DNA of 60,237 nt. Source: a virus (lineage: Duplodnaviria; Caudoviricetes). The DNA is taken from positions 1 through 60,237 of the IMG/VR virus record IMGVR_UViG_3300045303_000084. One strand, written 5' to 3'. A model generated the notes under the pieces. That model saw only the letters and a program-made list of their open reading frames with translations. It made no database searches and was not told the origin of the DNA. Position 1 is the first letter of the stretch. Each line of letters opens with the position of its first letter. Made by a program: the position numbers and the translations under genes. Shown piece after piece: positions 1 to 9,378 of this stretch.

Positions 1-66
1 GCATCCCTCCGATAAGGAAAGCCCGCCCCCCTCATTGTAGTTGCCCGGAACGAAAGGTCAGGCGAG

Positions 67-675
67 ATGCCGGACAACGAAACACAGGTCGACGAGACGA
101 CGACCACCACCGAGAACGGCGCCACCACCGAGACGGGCAAGGATGGCAAGCCGTTTGATGCTGATCGCGCGCAACGGTTGATCGACCAGCAGCGCGAAGA
201 AATCAAAGCACTCAAGGCGACCTCGAAGGAATTGGCCGACGCCAGGGCGCGGCTCAAAGAGATCGAGGACAAGGACAAGAGCGAAACCGAGCGGGCTGCG
301 TCTCGCGCTCAGGAGGCCGAGGCCAAGCTTTCAGCAGCCGAGCAGCGCGCGGCAGACCTCGCGTTGCAGATGGCCGTTGAGCGGGCCGCGCGGAAGCTCA
401 ATTTCATCGATGAGGACGACGCTTTTAGGCTCCTTGACCGCAAGGCGGTCGAGATGGACGCCGATGGCGAGCCGGCCAACGTCGAAAAGCTGCTCACGAC
501 GCTTGCCAAGGCCAAACCGCACCTCGTCAAGGACGAGGACGCAGGCACGGCGAACGGCACCGGCGCACGCACCCAGGCGGTGCCGGGGACGCCGAGGCCG
601 AACAGCGGCAGGCCCACGGACAGAACCCAGGCAGACATTGAAGGCTTGCGGGCAACGGGCCGCTATTCGGTCTGA
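67..675 (+). CDS. Capsid scaffolding protein
   Basis: Acidic, helical/coiled-coil 202 aa ORF (KDKSETER...AKAKPHLVK) directly upstream of the decoration and major capsid genes; typical scaffold pattern. Confidence 0.8.
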   Translation: MPDNETQVDETTTTTENGATTETGKDGKPFDADRAQRLIDQQREEIKALKATSKELADARARLKEIEDKDKSETERAASRAQEAEAKLSAAEQRAADLALQMAVERAARKLNFIDEDDAFRLLDRKAVEMDADGEPANVEKLLTTLAKAKPHLVKDEDAGTANGTGARTQAVPGTPRPNSGRPTDRTQADIEGLRATGRYSV

Positions 676-703
676 TCGACTGATCGCCCGCTAGGAGAAC
701 ACG

Positions 704-1099
704 ATGGCACAGGTTACCAAGGTAGGAACGCCGTCACTCTCGACGGTCACACCCTGCCCAGCGCACCACATCTCCGGCCTCGTGGCCGGCGAAGCTATCG
801 CAGCGGGCGATCTGGTCTACATCAAGTCGGATGGCAAAGTCTGGCTTTCTGACGGCGGCGCTGCCGATGCCGAGGCGAAGGTCGCCGGCATGGTGCTCCA
901 GGCCGCTGCCGTTGGCGAGGCCGTTTCGATCTATATGGACGTGAACGTCCGGTACGGCTCCGGCTTGACGCCCGGTGCGCCGCTGTTTCTGTCGGCAACG
1001 GACGGCACCATCGCGGACGCGGCGACGACCGGCGGTACGGCCCCGATCGGCTATGTGATCGACGCGACCCGTATCCGTATCTTCGGTTCGCGGTACTAA
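704..1099 (+). CDS. Capsid decoration/cement protein
   Basis: 131 aa, AGEAIAAGDLVY...LTPGAPLFLS..G.I pattern of head decoration proteins; SD AGGAG; between scaffold and MCP. Confidence 0.7.
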   Translation: MAQVTKVGTPSLSTVTPCPAHHISGLVAGEAIAAGDLVYIKSDGKVWLSDGGAADAEAKVAGMVLQAAAVGEAVSIYMDVNVRYGSGLTPGAPLFLSATDGTIADAATTGGTAPIGYVIDATRIRIFGSRY

Positions 1100-1113
1100 G
1101 GGGGGCATGAGAG

Positions 1114-2172
1114 ATGGCCAACTACGGCACAAATGCCCTCAACGACCTGGATGCGTACGGCAACCTGGCAATCTCCGCGATTGGCGAGAACCGGGCGTAC
1201 GATCTCATCAAGGCCGCGCTCGACGCGCAGAACAAACTGCTCGAAGACTTCGTCCCGTTCGCGGAGACGACCACCGACTTCCGCCGGCGCTACGGTGCGT
1301 CCGACGACATGACGATGGACTTCGTTGACGAGTTCGGCCGCGCAGATGCCCAGAAGGTCATTGCCGCGTCGGACGTTGACATTCCGTTGCTGTTGGCGCA
1401 GCGGTCCCTTCAGTGGACCCGCGACGCCTTCCGGCGGATGTCAGGCGCGCAGATGGCCGCGCAGATGGACGCGCTGATGCAGGGTGATGTCCGGGCGGTG
1501 ATCCTGGGCTTCAAGCAGGCGCTATTCATCCCGACCAACCGGACGGTTATCGACCGCCACGCGACCGGCGTCTCGCTGGCCGTCAAGGCGCTCGTGAACG
1601 CCGACTCGGCGCCGATCCCGCTTGGCCCGAACGGCGAGTCGTTCAACGCGGCAACCCACACGCACTACCTGGGGACGGCCTCGTTCGTGGCAGCCGACCT
1701 GACCGCGTTGATTCTGACGGTCATCGAGCACTACGGCAACGTGCGCCCGATGGTCTACATCAACAGCGCGCAGGAAGCGGCAGTCCGTGGCTTCACCGGC
1801 TTTACCGCCTACGTGGACGCACGGATCGTGCAGCCGGGTGGCAGCACCACGGCTATTGGCAGCCGGCCGCTCGACATGCTCAACCCGAACAACCGCGCTA
1901 TTGGCCTATTTGGAGCCGCAGAGGTATGGGTCAAGCCGTGGATGCCAGCTAACTACGTCTTCTGCTGGGGCGACGGTGGTCCAAAGCCACTGCTCCGGCG
2001 CGTGGATGCAGTCACCGGCGGCAACCTGGAGTTGGTCGCGGAGAACGAGATGTTCCCGCTTCGTGCGACCACCTTTGAGCGGCGTTTTGGATTCGGTGCT
2101 TGGAATAGGACCAACGGCGCAATTTTGCTTACCAACAACGCTACATATTCTGCACCCACATTGGCTGCCTGA
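1114..2172 (+). CDS. Major capsid protein
   Basis: 352 aa, position after scaffold and decoration genes, ends RRFGFGAWNRTNG...YSAP as in HK97-fold MCPs. Confidence 0.8.
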   Translation: MANYGTNALNDLDAYGNLAISAIGENRAYDLIKAALDAQNKLLEDFVPFAETTTDFRRRYGASDDMTMDFVDEFGRADAQKVIAASDVDIPLLLAQRSLQWTRDAFRRMSGAQMAAQMDALMQGDVRAVILGFKQALFIPTNRTVIDRHATGVSLAVKALVNADSAPIPLGPNGESFNAATHTHYLGTASFVAADLTALILTVIEHYGNVRPMVYINSAQEAAVRGFTGFTAYVDARIVQPGGSTTAIGSRPLDMLNPNNRAIGLFGAAEVWVKPWMPANYVFCWGDGGPKPLLRRVDAVTGGNLELVAENEMFPLRATTFERRFGFGAWNRTNGAILLTNNATYSAPTLAA

Positions 2173-2251
2173 TGATGGGGGCGGCGTAGTGCTGACTGCC
2201 CCGAGTGGACGCCTACCCCGTCCACTCGGGGCTCCTGAAAGGTGATGGACG

Positions 2252-2470
2252 ATGGCTGAAAATCGCGATCCGCGCCCCGCTCCGGTGGGCGAGTCTGAGG
2301 CGGCACGTACCTCACGCGGACTCGCTGAGGCAGCGCAGGAAGCCGAAGAGAAGCAGCTCGATGAAACCGTTGAGGGTGGCAAGTACCTCGTTGGTGCCGA
2401 TGCTGAAGGCAAGGGCGGGACGATGGTTGACGCCAACGGGAAGCCGCTCAACGAGAAGAAGGACGAGTAG
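2252..2470 (+). CDS. Small acidic hypothetical protein
   Basis: 72 aa ORF with GC-biased codons right after MCP. Confidence 0.6.
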   Translation: MAENRDPRPAPVGESEAARTSRGLAEAAQEAEEKQLDETVEGGKYLVGADAEGKGGTMVDANGKPLNEKKDE

Positions 2471-2473
2471 TCC

Positions 2474-2932
2474 GTGGCCTTGCCAGCGAGCTGGACCGAG
2501 TCTTCACTGATCGCGGCGCTTGAGGCTGAGCTGGAACCCGTGATGACGGATCTTGGCCTCGATGCGCTGGACGTGCTCACCACGGCGGCCGGTACGGATG
2601 TGCCGGCCGTCCTCGGCGTCTCGTCAGTAGCCAGTGTCAGTTACGGCTCAGTGGCCGATGTCGTCAAGGTTTTGGTGATCGGACGTTGGGCGGCGTGGCA
2701 AAAAGCGGTTGACGTGGCGTCGGTCCGCTTCGACCTGAAGGCCGGTTCTGCCGACCTGAAGCAGTCGCAGCAGTGGACACAACTCACGGCGCGTCTGGAA
2801 TCGGCCAGGGCAGCAGCACTGCGCTACTCCGAAGTGCAGGACGCGCTCGGTGGCGGCAACACGGCGTACGTCAGCAGTGTCGGCGTGGCTGGCTCACCGT
2901 ATTCGTGGCCGTACGGGACTGAATGGGGATGA
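2474..2932 (+). CDS. Putative head-tail adaptor
   Basis: 152 aa, position after MCP, helical, FDLKAGSADLKQSQ motif like connector proteins. Confidence 0.55.
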   Translation: MALPASWTESSLIAALEAELEPVMTDLGLDALDVLTTAAGTDVPAVLGVSSVASVSYGSVADVVKVLVIGRWAAWQKAVDVASVRFDLKAGSADLKQSQQWTQLTARLESARAAALRYSEVQDALGGGNTAYVSSVGVAGSPYSWPYGTEWG

Positions 2933-3309
2933 GCCAGGACGCGGCGCAGACCATCACCGAGCAGCACCACGTGATCGCCGGGGTGATCTGGCTGCACCAT
3001 GCACCGGTCCGGACCGTCGAGCACGTTCGCTGCGCTGCTGATCCGGAGGCTGTCTGGATCACGCTGCGCCCTGGCCGAGACTACCAGATCATCGACGCTG
3101 AGAGCGGGCAACTCTACGTCTCGGCTCTGGTCGGGACACTCGTGGAGGTTACGTACACGATCGAACAGGGGCCGGGCACTGCCCGGCCCCGAGGACACCA
3201 AACCACGGTAGGCGTTGCGAGCGCCTACCGTGGAGAGCACCGACACCCGCTTGTGACGGGAGGCGGCAATGACAACGTACCGGACGCTGCGTCCAGGCGG
3301 CGCCCGTGA
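2929..3309 (+). CDS. Hypothetical protein
   Basis: ATGA-coupled to the previous gene. Confidence 0.45.
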   Translation: MSQDAAQTITEQHHVIAGVIWLHHAPVRTVEHVRCAADPEAVWITLRPGRDYQIIDAESGQLYVSALVGTLVEVTYTIEQGPGTARPRGHQTTVGVASAYRGEHRHPLVTGGGNDNVPDAASRRRP

Positions 3310-3360
3310 GTGGCGTAATGGTAGGGATTCGTTACCCCGTCCTGAGCCCCGACATCAACG

Positions 3361-3639
3361 ATGTCGGACGTAACGCTGAGTCCATCAACAATCGTGCTGG
3401 TCGGTACGCTGGTTTCTGGCCTGGTGACCGCGATCGTGGCTCTTTACCGTCAAGCGCTCAAGGATCGAGACAAGTTGCTCGACGAGGCGTATCGGGAGCG
3501 GGACGAGTCCAAGATCCGGGTTATTGCGCTAGAGGGGCTGGTTCAGCAGCAGCAATCGTTGAGCAACGATGCGGTAGCGGTGGCTCGTCTCGCAGCCGAG
3601 CGGTGGTTAGCCGAGGAGGGGCGGACGAGGATGTCCTGA
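3361..3639 (+). CDS. Membrane protein (1 TM + coiled coil), holin-like
   Basis: Hydrophobic N-terminal helix IVLVGTLVSGLVTAIVALY followed by a charged coiled coil. Confidence 0.55.
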   Translation: MSDVTLSPSTIVLVGTLVSGLVTAIVALYRQALKDRDKLLDEAYRERDESKIRVIALEGLVQQQQSLSNDAVAVARLAAERWLAEEGRTRMS

Positions 3640-3908
3640 TGTGTCAGCTCACCAATGCCGCTCGGTGGGTTTTAGGCATCCGTCCGTACATGCCGAAGAC
3701 CCATTACCTGATCCGCTATGGCGCAACACCGACCGGGGCGCGGGGTGTCGAACGCAACGGGACGGCAAGTGGCCAGGGAGTCTACGGGACAATCTACGGT
3801 CTGACCCCAGAGGAGCGCCGGAGTCTGGAGGAGTTGGCCCAGCAGCATCGGCTCATTCGGCAGATCATGGCCGACGCTGAGCGTCGCCGTGCACGAGGGC
3901 AGGGGTGA
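3639..3908 (+). CDS. Hypothetical protein
   Basis: TGATG-coupled start MCQLTNAARW within ORF 3306..3908. Confidence 0.45.
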   Translation: MCQLTNAARWVLGIRPYMPKTHYLIRYGATPTGARGVERNGTASGQGVYGTIYGLTPEERRSLEELAQQHRLIRQIMADAERRRARGQG

Positions 3909-4172
3909 TTGGAATTAGTCGACTTTGCTCTCAACGTGCTGGCGAAGGCTGGACCGGCCGGGCTGATGATCCTGTTCGCCTGGCTCTGGATGGATGGGCG
4001 CATTATCAGCCGTGGCGAGCTGAAGCGGATAGAGGAAGCGCACCTGCGGGAGTTGAAGCGCGCAGAGGACGAGCGCGACCACGCCCGCAAAGAGGGAACC
4101 GAGTGGAAGTTCATGGCCGTACGTGGAACCGAACTCGCCAAGTTTCTCGGGGAGAAAGCGACGGCATCGTGA
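3909..4172 (+). CDS. Membrane protein (1 TM + coiled coil), holin-like
   Basis: AGPAGLMILFAWLWM TM segment then coiled coil; same architecture as 3361..3639. Confidence 0.55.
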   Translation: MELVDFALNVLAKAGPAGLMILFAWLWMDGRIISRGELKRIEEAHLRELKRAEDERDHARKEGTEWKFMAVRGTELAKFLGEKATAS

Positions 4173-4381
4173 ATTGGCTCAGTGCGATGTGGCATCGGTG
4201 GCTGCATCAAGAAACTGATACTCCCCGCTCTCCGCAGGCCGTGCGTCTCGAACGTGATCCGGACCTTGATGCGATGCACCACGAGCAGCACGACCTCATG
4301 AACCAGAGTGGCTATACAGCCCAGAAGATCAGAGATTCTTGGAATGAGCACGTACGCCGATCATGGGGACAGAATGCCTGA
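4169..4381 (+). CDS. Hypothetical protein
   Basis: GTGA-coupled start (MNWLSAMWHRW). Confidence 0.45.
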   Translation: MNWLSAMWHRWLHQETDTPRSPQAVRLERDPDLDAMHHEQHDLMNQSGYTAQKIRDSWNEHVRRSWGQNA

Positions 4382-4727
4382 GCGGGTGTTGGCATCGATT
4401 GTCGTGGCGTTTGCCATCGCGTCGTTGGCCGCACTGAGCGTTGCTATTCCCCAGTCCGTGCTCTTGATACGCCTTATTCGTGCCCGAAACGGGATCGTTC
4501 CTTATACGCTCCAGACCGTGGCATGGACGAGCACTATCGGCGTAGCGTTCGCGTGGCGGTGCATCGTCTTCATCGACTTCACGTATTTTGACCAGTATTA
4601 CCTTGGCACCATCGAGGATCGTTGGCCGATTGAATCCGTGATGGCGTTTCTGCTCGCTGCCGCAGTGATCTATGGCGCTGCGCTGTATCACCGGACGGCG
4701 ACGTTTCCACCACGGAGCCACGCATGA
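4374..4727 (+). CDS. Membrane protein (3 TM)
   Basis: Three hydrophobic stretches; overlaps the previous stop. Confidence 0.6.
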   Translation: MPERVLASIVVAFAIASLAALSVAIPQSVLLIRLIRARNGIVPYTLQTVAWTSTIGVAFAWRCIVFIDFTYFDQYYLGTIEDRWPIESVMAFLLAAAVIYGAALYHRTATFPPRSHA

Positions 4728-4800
4728 GCCGCGCTGAACGCCTCTTCCTCGCCGCCATGATCTGCGGCGTCCTCATCGCATTGTGGTGGAAGTTCGGACC

Positions 4801-5022
4801 GTGAATCTGCGCGTCTGGGTCAATGATCCTGAGCACCGCATCGCGCTGCACACCTACGCGGCGTGGCTCTGGCTGGTGCTCGCGATTCTGACAACAGCGT
4901 GGGCACTCTATGATCCGGAGAATCGGTATCTTTTGGCATGGGTGATCTTCATGTCGGCGTATGCGAATACAGCGAGTCATTGGTCGGCGCGCGAAGGCGC
5001 GGCGCCATCAGCACAAGGGTAG
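4801..5022 (+). CDS. Small membrane protein (2 TM)
   Basis: Hydrophobic WLWLVLAILTTAWAL / LLAWVIFMSAY. Confidence 0.55.
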   Translation: MNLRVWVNDPEHRIALHTYAAWLWLVLAILTTAWALYDPENRYLLAWVIFMSAYANTASHWSAREGAAPSAQG

Positions 5023-5032
5023 GAGAGTTAGC

Positions 5033-5056
5033 ATGGATATCCCGACTCATGAGCGG
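5033..5056 (+). pseudogene. Remnant N-terminus (MDIPTHER) of the gene now starting at 5682
   Basis: SD AGGAGA + ATG; resembles MADLVSHQE at 5682; interrupted by the antisense HNH cassette. Confidence 0.5.
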
Positions 5057-5587
5057 TTACGGCAATGGGCGATTAGCACTACGTTGCCGCATGTAGGCGC
5101 GCATGTAGCAGCGACGGCAGAAACCACGTCCCCAATGCGGCAGATCAGTTGTCTCGCATTCGATGCAGCGGTCATGCGAAACCGACCACGCTCCGGTTCT
5201 TCGAGCGACACTTGGCGCTCGCAGCGTCTTCGGATCGGCCTTGTCCCACACGATGTGGCAGTGTCCACACAGCCAGCGTACTTCTAGGGGCTTGGAATAA
5301 TCATGATGCGCAGCGGTGATCCGGCGATTCTCACAACCGCACTCTTCGCACGCCGATGCGCGCGTCAGAATGCCACGGGAGATCGCTTGAGCAACGGCAT
5401 TCGCGGCGCGCTGGATCATCCTGTGGCGCTCGATATTGGCCGCCTGCCAACGAAGGGTCTGCTCGCGTTTCCATTCCGGATGAGTTTCTGCGTAGCGCTT
5501 GACGGCTTCGCGGCTCTTTGCGGGGTTCTCAGATCGCCACTTACGCATGTCAGCGGCATGCTTTGCTCGGGTAGACTCATCACGCAT
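5057..5587 (-). CDS. HNH-type (Zn-finger) homing endonuclease
   Basis: CEECG...AAHHDYSKPLEVRWLCGHCH motif plus C-terminal CIEC...CRRC; SD GGAG. Confidence 0.8.
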   Translation of the reverse strand: MRDESTRAKHAADMRKWRSENPAKSREAVKRYAETHPEWKREQTLRWQAANIERHRMIQRAANAVAQAISRGILTRASACEECGCENRRITAAHHDYSKPLEVRWLCGHCHIVWDKADPKTLRAPSVARRTGAWSVSHDRCIECETTDLPHWGRGFCRRCYMRAYMRQRSANRPLP

Positions 5588-5666
5588 CGGGTGCTCCAAT
5601 CACTCGGTGTGCTCTGGCCCGACATTGCTCTAACAATGTCGGGCCTTTGTGCGTCAATTATACCAT
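5588..5666 (-). promoter_or_regulatory. Endonuclease-cassette leader (extended -10 + hairpin + SD)
   Basis: Minus strand TGGTATAAT-tgacGCACAAA-GGCCCGACATTG-ttagag-CAATGTCGGGCC-agagCACACC...GGAG-ATG. Confidence 0.75.
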
Positions 5667-5681
5667 CTGGTAGGAGTTGAT

Positions 5682-6050
5682 ATGGCTGACCTTGTTTCGC
5701 ATCAGGAGATAGAAGAAGCTTACAAGCAGGCAAAAGACGTGACGGCGAAACTGCCAGAAAGCACCGAGAGCCGGCGTGCGCAGGAACATCTCGGCCTGGC
5801 AGAGAAGTACGTGCATGAGGCACGGGACCGCGCGAAGGTTGATCGCGTGACAGAGCCTGAGCTTGACGCCTCCGTCGAGATGAAGATCCGCTACGACGCG
5901 GTTGTCTCTGCGCTCATCAAGCCGGAGTATCTGTCTGCCGCATGCCCGACGCACGGCAGTTCGTGCAGGGCGAACAACGCTCAGGTGTCCGGCTGGCCGT
6001 CCGCGTCGCCGGCGGCGCGGTGGACGTGGAACGACGGATCTGCACCGTGA
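5682..6050 (+). CDS. Hypothetical protein
   Basis: SD AGGAG, MADLVSHQEIEE start. Confidence 0.6.
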   Translation: MADLVSHQEIEEAYKQAKDVTAKLPESTESRRAQEHLGLAEKYVHEARDRAKVDRVTEPELDASVEMKIRYDAVVSALIKPEYLSAACPTHGSSCRANNAQVSGWPSASPAARWTWNDGSAP

Positions 6051-6061
6051 GGGGGGAAACG

Positions 6062-6442
6062 ATGATGCGCTGGTTTCGTATCGCTATGGTCGCGTTGGCG
6101 ATCAGCGCGCCGGGCTTCGGATTCGTGTCCACGGTGTCGGCGCAGAGCCTTATCGGCTCAAGCAAGGAATGCGGGACGTACGAGTTCGACGGCGACCTGG
6201 TGAAGGGCCGGACGGACGGCATGGTCGTTCGTGTCGATCACACCGAAGGCTGCTACCGCTACAAGTTCATGACCATCGTCGGCACCGGATTGACCGAGGG
6301 CTACGGCTACCCGGGCCAGCAGGCGATGTGCGAGAAGGCCGGTCGTGAGGCGGCAGTCGGCCACTTCCGCTACTACCGGGGTATGGAGATCGATCCGAGT
6401 TCGGTCAAGGTTTCCTGTACCAACTATGCGGGGCCTGACTGA
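6062..6442 (+). CDS. Secreted protein with signal peptide
   Basis: MMRWFRIAMVALAISAPGFGFVSTVSA-Q signal-like N-terminus; 4 Cys. Confidence 0.6.
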   Translation: MMRWFRIAMVALAISAPGFGFVSTVSAQSLIGSSKECGTYEFDGDLVKGRTDGMVVRVDHTEGCYRYKFMTIVGTGLTEGYGYPGQQAMCEKAGREAAVGHFRYYRGMEIDPSSVKVSCTNYAGPD

Positions 6443-6822
6443 TGGACCCGCTTGTCAAGAACATCCTCCTGTATACGCTCTCGATCCTGGCCGGCGCGCT
6501 GGCTGCCGGCCTCGGCGTGCTCGCGACGCAGCTCGCGGGTGCCGATCCAATCAACTGGCGCCCCGTGATCGCCGCTGCTATCGGCCCGATCGTGGCGGGT
6601 CTGGCGGCGTCCAGGTTGCCACGGCCAGAGGGCGCAGCGCTCGCGGCCCAGATTGACACGCTCAAGGATCAGGGCATCGCTCGGCGTGACATGGTCGTGG
6701 TGACGCAGGAGGAAGCCGTCAAAGGGATGCAGAACGCGCCGCCCCCGGATGGGGACAGGATGCCGCAGGATGCACCGCCATCCCGTCCGCGACCGCGACC
6801 ACGGCTGGAGGATGCGTCCTAA
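6442..6822 (+). CDS. Holin-like membrane protein (2 TM)
   Basis: Two hydrophobic helices separated by DPINWR; charged, Pro-rich tail. Confidence 0.55.
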   Translation: MDPLVKNILLYTLSILAGALAAGLGVLATQLAGADPINWRPVIAAAIGPIVAGLAASRLPRPEGAALAAQIDTLKDQGIARRDMVVVTQEEAVKGMQNAPPPDGDRMPQDAPPSRPRPRPRLEDAS

Positions 6823-7196
6823 TGCCATCCGCTGCACCACTGAACGCCGCCATCGTCCGCTCGGTGCTCACCATGCGCTGTACGGTGTGGGCGCGCACGG
6901 CCAATACCGGGCCATACAACAGCGCCGTGAAGACGGGGCTCGCCTGCCGGCTCGACACCGTCAACGTGCAGCCGGCCCGGACGGGTACGGAGCGCGCCGA
7001 CCTGGCGGCGCTGCGGGTGTTCATGTGGGACACCACGTATGCGATGCCAGCGTCGGGCGTACAGATCGAAGTCACGTCGCCTGCGCACTATGCCGGCCAG
7101 CGCTGGAACATTCAGGCGGGCACGCAGAAGCCGGCGATTCCGCCGGGTTTTGATGGGCCGATCGCCATAGAGGCCGACGTGCGGAGGGCGAGCTGA
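6822..7196 (+). CDS. Head closure/stopper protein
   Basis: 124 aa beta-rich ORF in the neck position, coupled to both neighbours. Confidence 0.55.
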   Translation: MPSAAPLNAAIVRSVLTMRCTVWARTANTGPYNSAVKTGLACRLDTVNVQPARTGTERADLAALRVFMWDTTYAMPASGVQIEVTSPAHYAGQRWNIQAGTQKPAIPPGFDGPIAIEADVRRAS

Positions 7197-7585
7197 TGGT
7201 CGCCGTCTCGATCAAAATGACCGGCTATGTTCAGGTGCTCGACAAAGTCAAGTTGTTGGGCGCTGGCGCCGAGGCTGTGAACGGTCCGATTGCCTCGTTT
7301 GGCTCGCGTCTAAGTTACGCTCGGTTCATCGAGACGGGGCGTTCCAGCCGACCGCAAGTTCGCCGCGCCGGTCCCGCGCGGATGTTCGAGTTGGGCGTAG
7401 CCGAGGCGGCGAAGCAAGCGCCTGCCCTCCTGGCACCGGCTATCCCGCGAGGTCCCGCCGCTGTGGGAGCCGCAAAAAGGCGCATTCGAGACATTGGGCT
7501 AGAAAGGATTCGGGCACTTACTCCCGTACGTAGCGGGAAGCTTAGGGCAAGTGTCAGCGAGTTGAATCGGCCGGGAATTGGGTGA
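7196..7585 (+). CDS. Tail completion/neck protein (HK97 gp10-like)
   Basis: YARFIETG and TPVRSGKLRAS motifs typical of gp10-like proteins. Confidence 0.6.
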   Translation: MVAVSIKMTGYVQVLDKVKLLGAGAEAVNGPIASFGSRLSYARFIETGRSSRPQVRRAGPARMFELGVAEAAKQAPALLAPAIPRGPAAVGAAKRRIRDIGLERIRALTPVRSGKLRASVSELNRPGIG

Positions 7586-7590
7586 TGGCG

Positions 7591-8265
7591 TCACGTCCAT
7601 CCCTTGCCGGTCACGATCAGGGAGATCGTCGCTTGCGACACGTTGAACTGTGCAGCAAGAGCCTTCTGGGAGACGGTGCCGTTCGCGTACAGCGTACGGA
7701 TCAGGATGGCTTGATCGCGATTCAGTCGGGCGTGGGGCCGGCGGGTTCGTACATCTGGATCGGCAGTGTACCCACCGCCTCTACCGATCAGGCCACGCAT
7801 CTTGGCTGCCATGTCGGCCTGATTGGCAGCGATCGCTCCGAGCCAGAGATGACCGTGCCGTTCGTACTCGATGCCATTGACAACATAGACGCCGGTGTCG
7901 TCGTGACGGACGCATCGTCGCACATCGCAAGTATGGCCGACGATCAGCCCAAGTGGTGGCGTCAATCCAGTTGCACGATACCATGCGATGTGATGGGCGA
8001 GAACATCGCCGGCCCGATAGTCTGCGGGATTGGGCAAGACACCGTAACCCTTCGCTTGCGTCCTACCCGGCCAGAGACGGCATTCTCCGTCAACGATCAG
8101 ACTCTCCCAGACTGTTGGACCGCTCCATCGACCACGCCCGCGAGAGTCGAGATAGCAGGCGCGGTTGTGAAATCGACCACGGCCAATGCTGATCGCATAA
8201 GCGCTGGCGAGGAATCCATTCCCGCACCATTCGCAGACGCGGGGGATGGTACCCTTGTTGGGCAT
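7591..8265 (-). CDS. HNH homing endonuclease (Zn-ribbon + HNH_3-type + C-terminal HTH)
   Basis: CEWCG N-terminus, CRLWPG..GYG..AHHIAW..VGHTCDVRRCV..HLWLG..NQADM, C-terminal SQKALAAQFNVSQATIS. Confidence 0.85.
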   Translation of the reverse strand: MPNKGTIPRVCEWCGNGFLASAYAISIGRGRFHNRACYLDSRGRGRWSGPTVWESLIVDGECRLWPGRTQAKGYGVLPNPADYRAGDVLAHHIAWYRATGLTPPLGLIVGHTCDVRRCVRHDDTGVYVVNGIEYERHGHLWLGAIAANQADMAAKMRGLIGRGGGYTADPDVRTRRPHARLNRDQAILIRTLYANGTVSQKALAAQFNVSQATISLIVTGKGWT

Positions 8266-8344
8266 CAGGCTCACCCCCTGGTGTCAGGCCCCGGGTGTTG
8301 CAAGCACGCCGGGGTCACTTCGTGTCTAGATTTTACCATGCCTG
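8234..8344. repeat. 111-bp exact direct repeat, copy 1 (cassette leader + first codons)
   Basis: Identical to 11652..11762 on base-by-base comparison. Confidence 0.95.
8266..8340 (-). promoter_or_regulatory. Endonuclease-cassette leader
   Basis: TGGTAAAAT-ctagACACGAAGTG-aCCCCGGCGTG-cttgcaa-CACCCGGGG-ccTGACACC-AGGGGG..ATG. Confidence 0.8.
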
Positions 8345-8365
8345 CGCATCTGGTCGGGGGCTCTG

Positions 8366-8827
8366 ATGTCTGGCTTTGACGTGGAAGCCGCACTCAATGG
8401 TCTGAAAGACCTTGTCAGCACGATTCCATCAATCGAGTCGTGTCAGATCGGCGCGCCCGAATCACTGTCGAACCGAATCAGCGCGTGGGTCGTCGTCGGC
8501 GATCCGGGGGAAATCGGATCGCGCGTTCAGGGGGTCTACGAGTTAGACCTGTCGCTGATCGTGTTTTTTGCATATGTCGTGGAAGGCCAGGAATCCGCCA
8601 GCGAAGCACAGTTGGGGGATTACATCACCGAACTCGTCCGACGATTGATCAAAAACCGAGCCGGCGCCGTCGACGGAGTCAGCAGAAACCTCAACGGTTC
8701 GGTAGACATTCTCGGCCTGCCTCAAGCAGCAGCAGGACCGGCGGATTACGCGGTCTATGCCGGCGCCGAGGGGAGGACATATCCTGTCGGCGTCAGAGTC
8801 GTGCAGCGCGAAAACCTTGGAGTCTAG
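8366..8827 (+). CDS. Tail terminator protein
   Basis: 153 aa, position between gp10-like gene and tail tube. Confidence 0.6.
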   Translation: MSGFDVEAALNGLKDLVSTIPSIESCQIGAPESLSNRISAWVVVGDPGEIGSRVQGVYELDLSLIVFFAYVVEGQESASEAQLGDYITELVRRLIKNRAGAVDGVSRNLNGSVDILGLPQAAAGPADYAVYAGAEGRTYPVGVRVVQRENLGV

Positions 8828-8836
8828 GAGGACATC

Positions 8837-9145
8837 ATGCCCCGCGAGAAGTTGATGGCGAACTACCTTGGCGAGATGGGCGAGCATTACATGGGCATCC
8901 CCGCCTGTGACCTGTACGAAACGCAGTGGAACGCGCTCTCCGACGAGCAGAAGGCGCTCGTTGGCGAGTCGGCGTTCTACCGCGTCCGTCCGGCCGCTGA
9001 GGAGGACGTAGAGGCCGCTGCCAAGCACGTCGAGAAGGCTGAGCCGGTCAACCCGATGGCTGAGCAGGCCAAGGCTGAGATGCCGGCGCCGCCTGCGCCG
9101 AAGGACGAGCCGAAGCCGGCGCCGAAGGCCGAGGCGAAGAAGTAA
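8837..9145 (+). CDS. Hypothetical protein
   Basis: SD GGAGG; GIPACDL...W motif; Pro/Ala/Lys tail. Confidence 0.6.
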   Translation: MPREKLMANYLGEMGEHYMGIPACDLYETQWNALSDEQKALVGESAFYRVRPAAEEDVEAAAKHVEKAEPVNPMAEQAKAEMPAPPAPKDEPKPAPKAEAKK

Positions 9146-9378
9146 TGCAGACGATCAACCCCGATCTGTGTACGACGTGCGCTCAATGTGGGCTCGCGCT
9201 TCCTGACGGGTGGCGCGGCCTTGTCGTGTCGCTCGCAGGCGCCCCCGAAGCCCCGTTGTGCTCTGATGACTGCGCCGAACAGATGCTCCGAGGGCATGGC
9301 GCCGCTACGTGGTGGCCTGACGGTCGGATATTCATGTTTTCGCCGTCCAAAGGCATCCGCGAGGAAGTCTTCGCCTGA
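9145..9378 (+). CDS. Small Cys-rich (Zn-binding) protein
   Basis: CAQCG...CSDDC; TAATG coupling. Confidence 0.5.
   Translation: MQTINPDLCTTCAQCGLALPDGWRGLVVSLAGAPEAPLCSDDCAEQMLRGHGAATWWPDGRIFMFSPSKGIREEVFA

Noticed and set aside
2198-2232. Hairpin after MCP as another cassette leader or terminator
   Set aside because: It has a perfect stem but no -10, ACACC box, nuclease gene or U tract; more likely an mRNA stability or processing element
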